DNA of 64,000 nt from Lingula anatina (taxonomy: Eukaryota; Animalia; Brachiopoda), in NCBI GenBank assembly GCA_051362555.1, contig CM120640.1, positions 14,632,001 through 14,696,000 of the forward strand, in the 5' to 3' direction. The position numbers and the translations under genes were made by a program. A model generated the notes under the pieces. It ran no database searches and was not told the DNA's origin. It saw only the letters and a program-made list of their open reading frames with translations. Positions 14,435-26,622 of this stretch are shown piece by piece. Position 1 is the first letter of the stretch, and each line of letters begins with the position of its first letter.

Positions 14435-14651
14435 CAGGGGCGGATCCAGAATTATTAAGATTTTTTAAAGTATGACAGGCCTCGGAATCGAAGCCGACCC
14501 TTGTCCCCTTGATGTGGGGTTCGGTGTTTTGGAGGGCAAACGGTGTCATTTTGGTGCAGTTAAGAACTATGATTCCGCTCTTCAAAATTCTAATGTTAGG
14601 AGGGAAATATTGGTGTGATTTTTTCCTGACACTCCCCTAAATCCGCCATTG
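14435..14651. mobile_element. Degenerate MITE with CAGGGGCGGAT-type terminal inverted repeats
   Basis: Left end caggggcggatccag, right end ctaaatccgccattg. Flanks gaaccaacc / caacctacc match 7/9, consistent with an old 8-9-bp target duplication. Confidence 0.55.
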
Positions 14652-14746
14652 CAACCTACCACATTAAAACCATGACTGGTATGTTTAACACATGACCTTG
14701 TCCCTTTGACCCAGACTGATATTGTCTCGCCCTCAGTTAGTATCGT

Positions 14747-14775
14747 AAAGGAGTTATAACTGTTTTAACTCCTTG
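14747..14775. mobile_element. 29-bp palindrome with 7-bp target duplication; P-superfamily-like ends (probable excision footprint)
   Basis: aaaggagttataac-tgttttaactccttg flanked by gtatcgt / gtatcgc. Same sequence family as 26591-26622. Confidence 0.7.
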
Positions 14776-17700
14776 GTATCGCAAGGCGACCATGTGCAAT
14801 CACTGGTGCATAAAAAATTGCCAGTTCACAGAAGCAAACATGGTCTCATCTACTAGACGAATATGAAACATTTTCCATAAGATCAGTTTATTCTTAAAAG
14901 AACACCAAACTTGCTTAATTGCTTTTAGAGTAAGTAAGGTATAGGCTTTGTTTGGCGAGAAAACAGTCACGCCCATTATATGCTTAACACTTACTAATAT
15001 GAAAACAGACCCAGTCCGGACGACTAGTGTGTGTCTTTTAAACTTTCAAACTGATTATAGTAATTGGCCGACTAATCTCAGTGTATAGAACGGAGACCAA
15101 CTGGAAAGGTGTGGATGTCAGTACATGTAGGAACCGTCATGGCGAATATCTGATCACTGCCTTGTGAACCGTCCAAAATGGGTTTCTCTTCAATTAACAA
15201 TTGTACTGAATTCCAGTGTACAGGCACGTGTGGAATCCTGCACCAATTCCAAAACTGGAACTACATCAGTAACTTCAGTAAAACGACTTAGATACATTTT
15301 ATTTTCTGCTCGTAGGCCTATAGACCTACAACGTGTGACTTCTATATCAAAACGTGCCAGCCAAAGGTCAACCATGGCGTAACAATGGGTTGTGGGCGGT
15401 TCTGAAAAAATAAAAGCACTAGCCAAGTAAAATTCTAATGAACCGTGCCACCCATTTTTTGCTGACAAAAACAACAAGAACAATAAAAGCGCCTTTCCTT
15501 AAATTTTAGTCTATGTATGTAATCCGATAGATTGAACATGTTACTGTATCTTTCAATTGTACTCAATTGAAATTCTATTGCGAAACGAAATGGACCTTGT
15601 GTCCGTAGGTACTAGAATTAATCTAAACGGAGATATGATTATGATGATTCTTTCCAGCCCACTTTTGCCAAGAGAATATAAGAAATCAGCCTCATTTCTT
15701 CAATTACAATTCATAACGACCAATTCATCTTAATTGGATTCTCTCATTCGAGTAGGAATTCAAAGTTGCAAAAGCTTTTAATGAAAATTGCTCTCTCCAT
15801 AATTTTTTTTTTCTTATTTTCATGACCGTAATTTGCACTTCGAGTCTAGATTAAATCGTCCTTAATATTGATTTTGTTATCAAATTGCATTTGTATTAAA
15901 AACTGCGTAACAGATTAACTTATTGATATACGAGTGTAAATTTGCTCGTGGCATTATGATTATAAACTAATTAGGTATTGATGGCACTCCCAGAAACCTA
16001 ATGAATGAACTTCGGTGACTGATACTTGAAATATTTTCATTGAGGGGAAAACGGGCATTTTAGATAAATACACTAAATTGTACTGTAAACGGAACAGGAC
16101 TTTTATTTTTAAGAAAATGTTGATGCCATGTTTGTGTTTGTGGGTGACAGTTTTCATTTTTAGGTTGATAGCATGTATCTAACATGTAAACTAAAGGAAA
16201 AACTTATTTAAATTCTATAAGAAGATGTATTGTTCACGTGTATTTTCACCCACACATTGCTCTGGAACGCACTCCAAACTCAAAATGATACTTCTCAGTG
16301 AAGGCTGTGATATTGAAACAATCATTTTCATCGTGAAGGAGTACTTAACACGTCTTTTACTATACATAGCAACAGAATGGCGTCAGTTAGTCTTTAAAAA
16401 TCACATTTACAACATGATACGATATTAAGGAAGACATGAAACGAGCCGTCATACGACAAACAAAGGAAATGAGAATCTGAAACAAGTCTCTCTGAATTAA
16501 TTTTTCCAAGACCATCTACTTTTATGACTTCTCTTATTATTTTCTCATGCGATTTCGTAAGGATTGTAAATACTACAGTACAAATGTATTTACAACTGGC
16601 GGCCGGTCCTTCAGAATGTTATCGGTAAATTTTTACATCTTCATAAAGTTCAATACTCAGTCGACGCCAAATCATACTTGGAGGTCTTGCAGGGCTATTA
16701 ACCCTTGAATGAAGTGCCTGTAATAGTAAGCCTATCAAAAAGAAATATTAAACATAAAGTCAAATAAACTTATCATGGAAGATTAAGTGAATTATGACTG
16801 TAATTGCGAATGAATAAATGCACATTCGAGAGTCCATTGGCTTTCGCTGTGCTGACCGAAGAGATGCATTTTTACACGCTAGGACCCAAAGGACTAAACA
16901 GTTTGTTGAACATTGCTCAGCACAAGACATTTAAATGATCCTGGTTATCGTAATGAATTTTGATTATATAAATCCAATTGCTGAAAGACTGCATTGCCTT
17001 TTATTCTAAGTGAATTAACTATTTGATTTAATATTGCACTTTCCACCAACTTAGATTTAACTTTTCTTCAACACATATTAGTCGATAGAATCTACATTTC
17101 TTTAATTCAGTCGGCCAATTTACTTATTGGTGGCAAATTGATCTGGAAAGACCCATTCCACGGACGAGGTCTTCAAAACTGTTTAATACACTTTGAATTA
17201 CACAAAACTCATCCCATAGTGTGGGCAGCTTGACCTTTTGACCATTACATTTAACTTTAGAAAGATAAATTATCAAAGCTCGAGAGCGGGTAGAGGAGGT
17301 GAGGGAAGATTTTTTCGTTCCTGGGTTTTTCATCTAACATCTGAATTAGAAAAGTATAGACTAGTTGCCTGAAAATCCCATTTCTTAAAGAATAGCTGAA
17401 TCACGGTAGAGTATTATACCTGTTTCAAATGGACATGTTTTGCTTTGTGAACGGCAAAAGGAAGGAAAGATCAAAATCACTTCAACTTAAATGTGGTCTA
17501 TTTTTTATTAAGTTGCATGCAGATAAAAGGCTGGTTTTCTACTAGCCGAGCTGCCTTTTTAAGCTGGATCCCTGGATTCCACTCGAAGCTTACTTGGTCA
17601 TTTAAACCATTTCCCCTGAATTTGGGAAGGAATCACAAATCAGGTTATTTACCTTTCGAGGTAAAATTTGGTTGTATTCAGTAATTTGTAAAAGAACATG

Positions 17701-19406
17701 TTAAAAAGAATACCAGTACTGCAGATCCGACTATCGGTTTGATCTTACATGTATGTTAAAAAAAAAAAATAAATAAATAAAATAAACTCCAGGGCAGTAT
17801 ACACTCGTAGAAAATCGTTTCACATGCATGTTTTCGCTATAAAAAAAGCGAAATACACCCAATACGAAAAGTAAGATGGTGTTTTGTTGTTCTTATTCAA
17901 AGCTACACACTACACACTTAGAAATAATGTTGACGGCTGATCTTGTCATCAAGATGACCTTGAAATAGGAAATTACATTTATCCTCAAAATTCTTATCTT
18001 ACGTCACTCGAAAAATAATTAAAACTATGAATAATACACAATGACGTTTTATAAACCTTTTGTACGTGGTCAGGGTGGATGTTTGGCTGTTGTTAAATGA
18101 CAAATTCTCCGTTATAATCTGTTGAGCATAAGGTAGTTCACTTGCATTTTAACCATATTATGTCCAAAGTTGTTTCCAATCACACCGAAGACAAAAGGCG
18201 AAGGCACATCGTCCGCTAGTGCAGTCATAAACCGTCACTTTAATTGTCCCTGAGCTTAAATAGAAAAAGTCATTAGCGGGTAATACTAGATACAGTTAGG
18301 TGTGTTTGGATTTATTGCATCAGTACTTTTGAACACATTAACTAATGACGAGAGCGACTTATGGATAGCGAACGAGTTATCTATGAACGTAATAAACTTC
18401 CTTAATGCACTGAAATACTGTCAATTGCATCGCTGTGTAAATATAATTACGCCCTATCCAGTGTAATATGGTAGCATTTTATTAGCTCTGCTTTTGTGAC
18501 TTATCACACTTTGAGGCCGTCTAATTAGTCGATGTATCATGAATTACTTGCCTATGGATCAGGGTGAAGAAGTGTTCTGCAAAATGTCACTGCTTTTAGT
18601 AACCTTTTTTGTATATTCTTTTTCTCTTGCTTGCCATGTAAAATTGTTAGTTTTGGTTCCCGTTTTACTGTTGAGATAAGAAAACGCATGTATAGAGATC
18701 GCAATTCATGAAGGGTTTATATCGGTCTCGTAGTTAAGACATAGGAAAGTAATGAAACGGACAGTTATGATACTTACCAAATGCTGATTTCACATTTTGT
18801 ATAATGACCAATAAAAAGTTCCCCGCACTTCAGTAGTGATATACACATACTGCTAGTGTCAGCAAATAATCGTCACTGTAAACATTACTACATGTCCTTG
18901 CACAATGAAATGATATATTGCCAAAATACTACCGAGTTATCATTGGAATGATTTCGATGGAATTACTCTACGTGTACTAATACATACAGACATACGTGCA
19001 TATACTAGTACATGTATATACATGCATGTGTATATCCATAGTGAACATACATGTATATCCAAAGATATAGATGTTTAACCATAGGGTTTTCGTTTTTTAA
19101 TGTACCAGTTGTTTGGTTAAAACCTCAATCGATATATCAAAGCAAGTGCCTTCAAGATTGAGACAACATTTGTGAACGTGACTATTTCCCCACTACCAAT
19201 CACCTAACACATTAAGCTAATGAATCCCATGTTATGTCAGTGCACTACAAAAATGAATGGAGGGCAATTTCCTGGTAAGTTGCATTATTACGGTTTTGGA
19301 AATGCTTTATTCTTTTTTTCGCATTGGGAATTCGACGGACTAAAGACGTTCTGGAGCAAAAATAAAATATTCCAGTCTCATAATGTAAAAGCTGATATGT
19401 GAATTA

Positions 19407-19407
<1 letters not shown>

Positions 19408-19443
<36 letters not shown>
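19408..19443. repeat. Poly(A) run
   Basis: 36 consecutive A. Confidence 0.9.
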
Positions 19444-19447
<4 letters not shown>

Positions 19448-19543
19448 TGACGCAAGTTTTGCCGACGACCTAAGAGCATTCCAAATTATCACCTGTAATT
19501 TTGTTCAAAGGAACTAGATTTTGTCCAACCATTTGTCTGCATA

Positions 19544-20016
19544 TGTAGGGGAGACCGGGGCTAGTTGGACCCCAATCAAGTCTTTTTAATAAAGGTACTT
19601 TAAGACGGCATTCACATCGAGTTGAGCCATGGCTCTACAAAACCACGAACTAAATATGGCGGACGTACATGAAAGGAAAACCGCCTAATCTTTTAATAGT
19701 CTCTCCGCCTCTCACACGCCTCCCCATGAGTCGTCCCTGCGGGGGTACAGTCATTAAATCTCGGCTCCATTGGGACTCCATTCATGTACGTCCGCCATAT
19801 TTAGTTCGTGGCTTTGTACAGCCATGGCTCAACTCGATGTGAATGCGGTCTAAGATGCTAAATTATTTCATTTGGACTCAATGCCGACGCTTTCTTAGCA
19901 GTATTTATTACGGTCACTTTACAAAATGATGTGATCAATTCTTTTACCCCATAGTGTCATAAATTGATGGGGGGCCAACTTAACCCGGGGTCCAACTAGC
20001 CCCGGTCTCCCCTATA
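19544..20016. mobile_element. Tc1/mariner-pogo-type MITE (TA target duplication) containing a nested MITE
   Basis: ~30-bp TIRs taggggagaccggggctagttggacccc / ggggtccaactagccccggtctccccta, with TA on both sides and a subterminal duplicate of the TIR motif at ~19970. Confidence 0.8.
19604..19850. mobile_element. PIF/Harbinger (Tourist-like) MITE nested in the 19544-20016 element
   Basis: ~70-bp near-perfect TIRs (gacggcattcacatcgagttgagccatggct...aaatatggcggacgtacatgaa). TAA at 19601-19603 and 19851-19853. Confidence 0.85.
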
Positions 20017-21049
20017 TAATGTCACGCTGTTTGGTTTGCATGTGGTGTTCTACTTGCAACACGAAAAATGGACATGGGAGCCATCATACTGTTACAGATG
20101 TGGTAGATGAGACGCTACTGCATCTCTCCGTCTCTCTTTCTCTTTCACTTGCTTGTAAAGCGTGACACGGAACAAATTACTGATCATATATCAACGTGTT
20201 TTATTGTCCACGGTCTGATAGAACGTATTCCATGTCCCACTTTAACAAAAAAAAATGTGAAAAGAGATGAACACAACTTACGAGGGCTCGTATACGTGGT
20301 AATATCAGACAGCAACAGAAGATTCTCGTTATGTGGGTTTAAAAGGATGTGTCATGTATCAAAATCGATCTGTGTCAAGGCTCAGACAGTGATTAAAATC
20401 TTCTTATAAAATGATATTAAGGATGAAAATAAAGAGGTGTTTCTGCAGCTAAAGTAAACAATATCCAGTCCTGATATCAAAATACAAATCTGATTCGCAA
20501 AAATTTAGAATAGCATTTTCCCAGACGATTCTGATGGCTCGCCATCTTCTGTCTGTAAAAGGGAATAAGTTACATAACTGCTGATCAGCTTAAAACTTGG
20601 CTGCGTCCCTGGTGCGTTCTAATTATGACAATCTTCGTCTGTAACTGCTGGAAAAGCGATACCCAGTGTCTTAGAAATCAGATCTCCATATGTCTCCAAG
20701 AGATTAACTATCCGTCAGTGCTCCGCGTCAGATGCGCTTTCCGAAAAGAAGCACAAGATTAATTTTTAACATCATTATGAAAAAATGTTGGTGTGGTATG
20801 TTGTGTGTTTGTGAAAGGTCGAGGTGTCATTTAAAACACATTTAGTCTCTTTTGAAATGCTTTATTTATTGACATATTTACACAAGAGACAATAACACAA
20901 AAATGCATTTCTCGATATTACAGAAATAGAACGCATGTAGACCTACAGGGCGCCCTATAGCAAACCCCTAGCCAGATTAACTAAAGTGCACCGTAAAAAG
21001 TATGCCGTCTGTTTCTTTGCAAGGGCCGTGGTATTAAGGATTTGAGGAA

Positions 21050-21290
21050 AGGAACAGGTAGTCTTTTCAGGATTGACCAGATCCAAAAAGACTTGCCATA
21101 GACTGAACATCCAGCTTATCCAGTTTATACATCCAAGGTTCTCCTTTTTCTTTCTTATAATGACATCCATTCGAGGCATGTGTGACAGCTCAGACAGCTT
21201 GTCGTTGGTGTACTGTCGTTAAGCCGCTACTGTATAGACCAGATATAAGAGGGTCAACGAAGGACATTAACGTTCGGACCAATGTCCAAT
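21050..21290 (-). mobile_element. Possible highly decayed LINE (RTE/CR1-like) post-RT fragment
   Basis: Minus-strand frames give NVLR*PSYIW / QYTNDKLSELSHMPRMDVIIRKK / WMYKLDKLD, loosely resembling the CLRxILxIxW..TNxE..IIRKRxLxW region of LINE ORF2. Requires stops and frameshifts. Confidence 0.25.
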
Positions 21291-22816
21291 GTCCACTGCA
21301 TTTTTAATCCAACATTATCTAAACTACATAATCAGAAAGAAAAAAAGAAATAAAGATTAAAAAGAAAAAAAGTGCTATATGGTATGGGATGTTGCTACAT
21401 CTTAATGAACATGTAATGCCAAGTATTTATGGTTAGCCTTCCAAAAAAGGGACTGTGCTGCACCCATAACCAGTTGAGTAGGTAGAGCCATTTGGGCTCT
21501 GCCAAATATGTTTTGTATTTTCTTCATACAAGGAGTCATACAATATCACTATTGATCATAATTCATATTTATATATATTTGCATTCCTTTGTACATTTTC
21601 ATCTACCCATGTAGATGCATACGTTACAATGAATTAAGCATGTAAATATTATTGTCATCTCAACAAGGAACGGAGTTAAGTAGTCATACAAGACATTATT
21701 TAAAGTTTCATTCCATTTTAATTACGTTTTTGTTTGTTTGTTTGTTTGTTGAGCGCCAAGTGGAGGTTAAAAATTGATCTTGATTAGAACTACTGTGCGT
21801 CGGAGGTAATACAAGGTAGTAGGCGTAGTATTGAATGAAATCACACTAAACTTCAGGATGGTTTATGAAAATAAAATTCAACGGGTTTTTTTATGCAGCC
21901 TAATATACATTATCTTAAAACTGACAGTAACATGACCTGAATACCCGTTGAATATTGGCACATGTATGATCACATTACCAGTGGAAAGCAATATTCACTT
22001 ACACAGTATTAACTCACTTCTGAATAATACTCTCTTTGTATCTGTACGCCATTTATTTGTCTCGGGTGTTCAAATCAAAAGTGATTGGATTTGACAAATG
22101 TCAAATTTAATGCTAGACGCAGCTCCAAGATTAGATTATATCTGTGGCAAATGAAATAAGGGACAATTCAACGGAGGATCATTCGTTCGAGCGACAACGA
22201 TTTCCACCTCATTAAGGAATGCAAATAGATGTAAATTAATCGTTGGACGTTCCTTTATTTGCCTCGCTTTTCCGTTATTTTCTTTTCTTGTTATTTTCTA
22301 CCAAAGTTATATCATCAAATCCATGCGTTAGATTCTCTATCAGAAGTGGATTGGCAAACAGCAAACAGCGATTTTCGATTACCTTGCATAATGTTGAAAA
22401 AAAAAAACACATGCGAATCCCATATAAACGTTTTGCATTGAAAAGGGGGGTATCACAGAATGTCATAGATCATAAATCATAAATCATAGATGTAAACAGT
22501 TACAGTGATAAAGACGGATTTTTTAAATTAGATTGATAGCCATCGGATATTTGGTTTCTTTGCACTGATGCATAAATAAACCAAAATAACAGCTATTACA
22601 GGAGGGGACGTAAAGGCCGGCGGTTGAAAACTAAGACGGGAAAGATATACTAGTAGGCCCTACCTGTAGCTATGGAAATATGTTTTTGTCAGTGTGCTGG
22701 CAGCGCGCGTGAAAAGGGAGATTCAATAATCACATGGTTTGAAAAATTCGCAAGAATTTCAGACGAGAAAGGGAAAGTTCCGGCCTGCCTTCGAGCAACA
22801 CAGTATCGGTGGGACC

Positions 22817-22855
22817 TTTTTTTTTTTTTTTTTTTTTTTCTTTTTTTTTTTTTTT

Positions 22856-22916
<61 letters not shown>
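22817..22916. repeat. Compound microsatellite T(n)-(GT)n-(GA)n
   Basis: Read directly from the sequence. Confidence 0.95.
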
Positions 22917-22918
<2 letters not shown>

Positions 22919-25900
22919 TGCCTGGACATTCAGTGGCAATCTATCTATCTATCTATCACACCTGATACTAAGTTGCTGGTTTATGATATTGACTGTTATA
23001 ATCTTGACTTTCATAAGTGGATAAACATGATTTATTTGTCAACACCAAATCAGCAAAAAAATATATATATTCCTACTGCGTTAATTAGTCACATCATTTG
23101 GGATCCCGAAGCAATTTTCGAGACACTGAAACTAGAACAAACGGAGGTTATTAATTCACTTCGAAGTTGACACAGAATTTGCATGATTATTAGCTTTGGA
23201 ACACTTCATTGCAAATGAAATTGAGAAAAGTGATAGCTGATCAATCAAACTATTTCTGACTAATATCAATTATTCAACTCATTAAGCAGAAATCAAAATT
23301 GGACTTTGACGTATAATTTTTAAAAACCAAAAGCAACAGCAATTATAGCAACCATGTTAAAATTAATACCAATCACCATGTAAATCACTAAACCAAAAGT
23401 GAAAGAAAATGTTGTAGTTTATAAGTCATAAATTTTTAGCATATTCAGCTGCACAGCAGAGGTAGCCAAACTCCGGTTAAAAAATATGTAGAGCCATTAA
23501 AGATGCATACAAAGTCAATTTTTTGTCACAAAAACCAACCAAATGCCAGCATATAGCTTCAAGTAGTATAACTAAGAGAATTACCAAAAGGCATTGTTTA
23601 ATTTTACCCGAAAATGATGTTTTAACAGATTTTTCTGCTGGCATTCTAAGCTGTATGTCAATGGGGCAGGAAAGTAGGTCACGAAAGTAGGTTAAATTTA
23701 CTTCCAAAAATTTAAAGAAAGGAGCAGTCTAAAGGTCTTTTATGGCTGATCGAGTGATATATTCAGTTTATCCCTTGGCATGTCGAATTTATTTGAGTCA
23801 TATAAGAATCTAGTAGAAGTGGTTTACATGTGTTACTGGGAATCCACGCTCCACCGATGCTCGGTTCGTATGTATCTTTAACTGATCGTGATAACGAATT
23901 TACACAAATGCTTCATCAGCTTCAAAGAAATTCCCGATAGAGGCAAAGTGAGCGGAATGATAACTTGCATTAGATATCTTACGGTAAAATAACTATTTTG
24001 GCTAGCTCTAATGGGTCCGTGTTTTTGTAAATCGAGTATGAAAAGTGACCAGCCCTTTATTTGTCTTGTCTAAATTCTCGTTCATTTGGTCTAAGATATT
24101 TGCAGCTTCCTGTTTTTAAAATTGTTAATATCTGTGTGGTTTTACTTATAGCTCAAATACATGTTGATGTCAGTCACGCTATTTCACGCCATGCCACCTA
24201 GAAATGTGGATGCGTGCGATATTTCTTGAAATAAAGGTGTAATTTGGAAAGTATATACCTATTATAAACACGAGGGCAGACTGGTTGTCAGTGCGGCTGT
24301 TTATTCAGAGCTTTAGGCGCCCCCCCCTTAAAGGGCCTCACCGTCCAGACTCCTTCCGGTTGAGGTAACAGTTTCTTTCTGCACGCGGCGCTGTCCCAGA
24401 AGATTGCAAATACATTTTACCTGTTACTATTGCTCAGAACGTCAAAAGGAACTAAACACCGGTGTCTGTCTGCGCTGTGCAGAATTAAGGAACACCATGA
24501 ATTAGTCATAAATCTATTCTCAGAATCAAATTCTGTGAAATCGAGCCAGTTCCCAGTGCACAAGGTGATGAAGGAGTGTCATTGAAGGCGGTCATCTCCC
24601 GCCAACTTCCTCTGCCGTTTGTATTTTCAGAAGTCGTATTAATGGCTCACATTGCCCTGATCGATATGTTTTCCTCTTGGCAGATGGATGTCACACTCAG
24701 TGAGGTAGTCAGGACACGAACTTTACACTGGCGCCCTGACTTCAACTCTGAAGTCAATGAAGGATGCCATGTGATATCTATAATCTAAAATAATATGTGG
24801 ATGAAATCAATTTCAGGCAGGTCGAGTACCCTCTTCCAGTAATTATATACTTATTACATAAAGTGAAATGTTAATATTTTTAAAGCCAATATGAAGTCTT
24901 CGAACTGATATCGTAGTTCACGTAAGGTTCCTCCTCTTGGCGGACAACATGCAATTTGTATACAGAGATACTGAGTAAACAAACAATTTGAAGCCCACAA
25001 GAAAAACTTATTAAAATTGCCTATTTCAAGTGCAAAATTTTAAGTTGCTTGAAATACAAATTTGCCGAGAACAAGAAGTAACAGCTCCGTGCTGAAAATC
25101 TGATTGGGACTGATTTCTACATGTAGTAGAAGAAAAGAAACAAATATCCAGACAAAATATTTGTTTTATTACTTCCCTCGTCAGTGTGTACACTTTGAAG
25201 ATGATATAGAGGGAAATGAAAAATAGTGGTAGACTTGCGATTTACAATTTTTGAAATTAAAAAAAAATAAGATGATGTTCAGAGGTTTAACCCGTTTAAA
25301 TGTATATACAGCACGATACATTCTACCGACACGCGTTTTCAACTAATTGACAGAAACTTTGTTCCGTTTGTTTTCTCCATTTTAAATAAAATGCCATCTT
25401 GCATCTTTCTTCCCTCGATCTATTTTACCCAGTTCAATTCATCCATTTCATTTTAGTTGAGTACGAGTAAGATCGACACTGAAAAGCAACCTTAAGTATG
25501 TCTTTAAGTATACTTGTGCTAAAGACCGTGAATGCTAGAACTAAATTTTTCAGTGCAAGAAACAATCGTGAATGCTTGAAGCAATAAGAAAGGCGCTTCT
25601 ATGTGTCAAAGAATTTACTGTCACTTTGTTTTACTTGACTTTCTTTTATTTATTTATTGGACATGGCCGCCTTTTCAGTGAAACTGAAACTGAATAGTTC
25701 AACTAAGAAAAGCTAAATTAAAATAGCGACAAGTGATCATAACACGATAGTTAAACAATACATGGGCATTTTGCACGCGTTCTTAGCGCAACAGTGAAAG
25801 CTGCATCTGGCCGCACCCGTGCGCCTGGCTGTATTGAGTGAGCTCGCTCTTGCTGTTTCCTTGACAACGTGTTATAATCTCAGCCAGCAGTCAATCACAC

Positions 25901-26590
25901 AAACAACACGCCTGGTTTTTTTTTCAAAGAAGAAGAAATTGTCACAAGTCACAGGTACCAGCAAATATCCTCTGATAGTAGTGAACAAGTTTTAAAAGCA
26001 TTATAAGATATTTTGAGAATAGACGCAATTGGAAAAAAATAAAACAGTATCAATATCCTCATGTGGAGACCGATTTTTCCCGTGCTGTGTCTTAATAAGT
26101 GCAATTTCACCAATAGAAGACATTCAGGTTCCTCCTTCCTTCCTTTTGACACTGATCTTTTGTTTCTTTGTAGACTCCATATGATGATGATGAAGCTCTT
26201 GCAACTGGTAATCATGAATGGAAATACACATGCACACGGAGTTCAGGAAGTAACCAGCCATGTTGCTTATTGTTGGCCGAGAGATGTGTTTTATTAGAGC
26301 TCCTGTGCATTCAGACTCAAAAGGAAGGACTCGACACCTGTGGCCACATTCTAGAAAGGTCGGAACTTACAGATTGCGTGAGTTTCGAGTATACGGCCCC
26401 AGGTTTTTTAACACCGTGCACTGATAAAATGTTATGTTTTTATAACACATTGCATACTATTCTACAATCACCCCAAAAGTATTATGTTTATTTTTTTAAA
26501 TGGCATAGTACAATTCATATTGTCCTTGAATTACTCCAAATGGTATAATGTATATGTATTTTGATAAGATACTAGTTATACTGCTCAAAC

Positions 26591-26622
26591 CAAGGAGTTA
26601 TAACATCTGTTATAACTCCTTG
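26591..26622. mobile_element. 32-bp palindrome with perfect 7-bp target duplication; P-superfamily-like ends (probable excision footprint)
   Basis: ctcaaac|CAAGGAGTTATAACA-tc-TGTTATAACTCCTTG|ctcaaac, with CA...TG termini. Confidence 0.8.
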
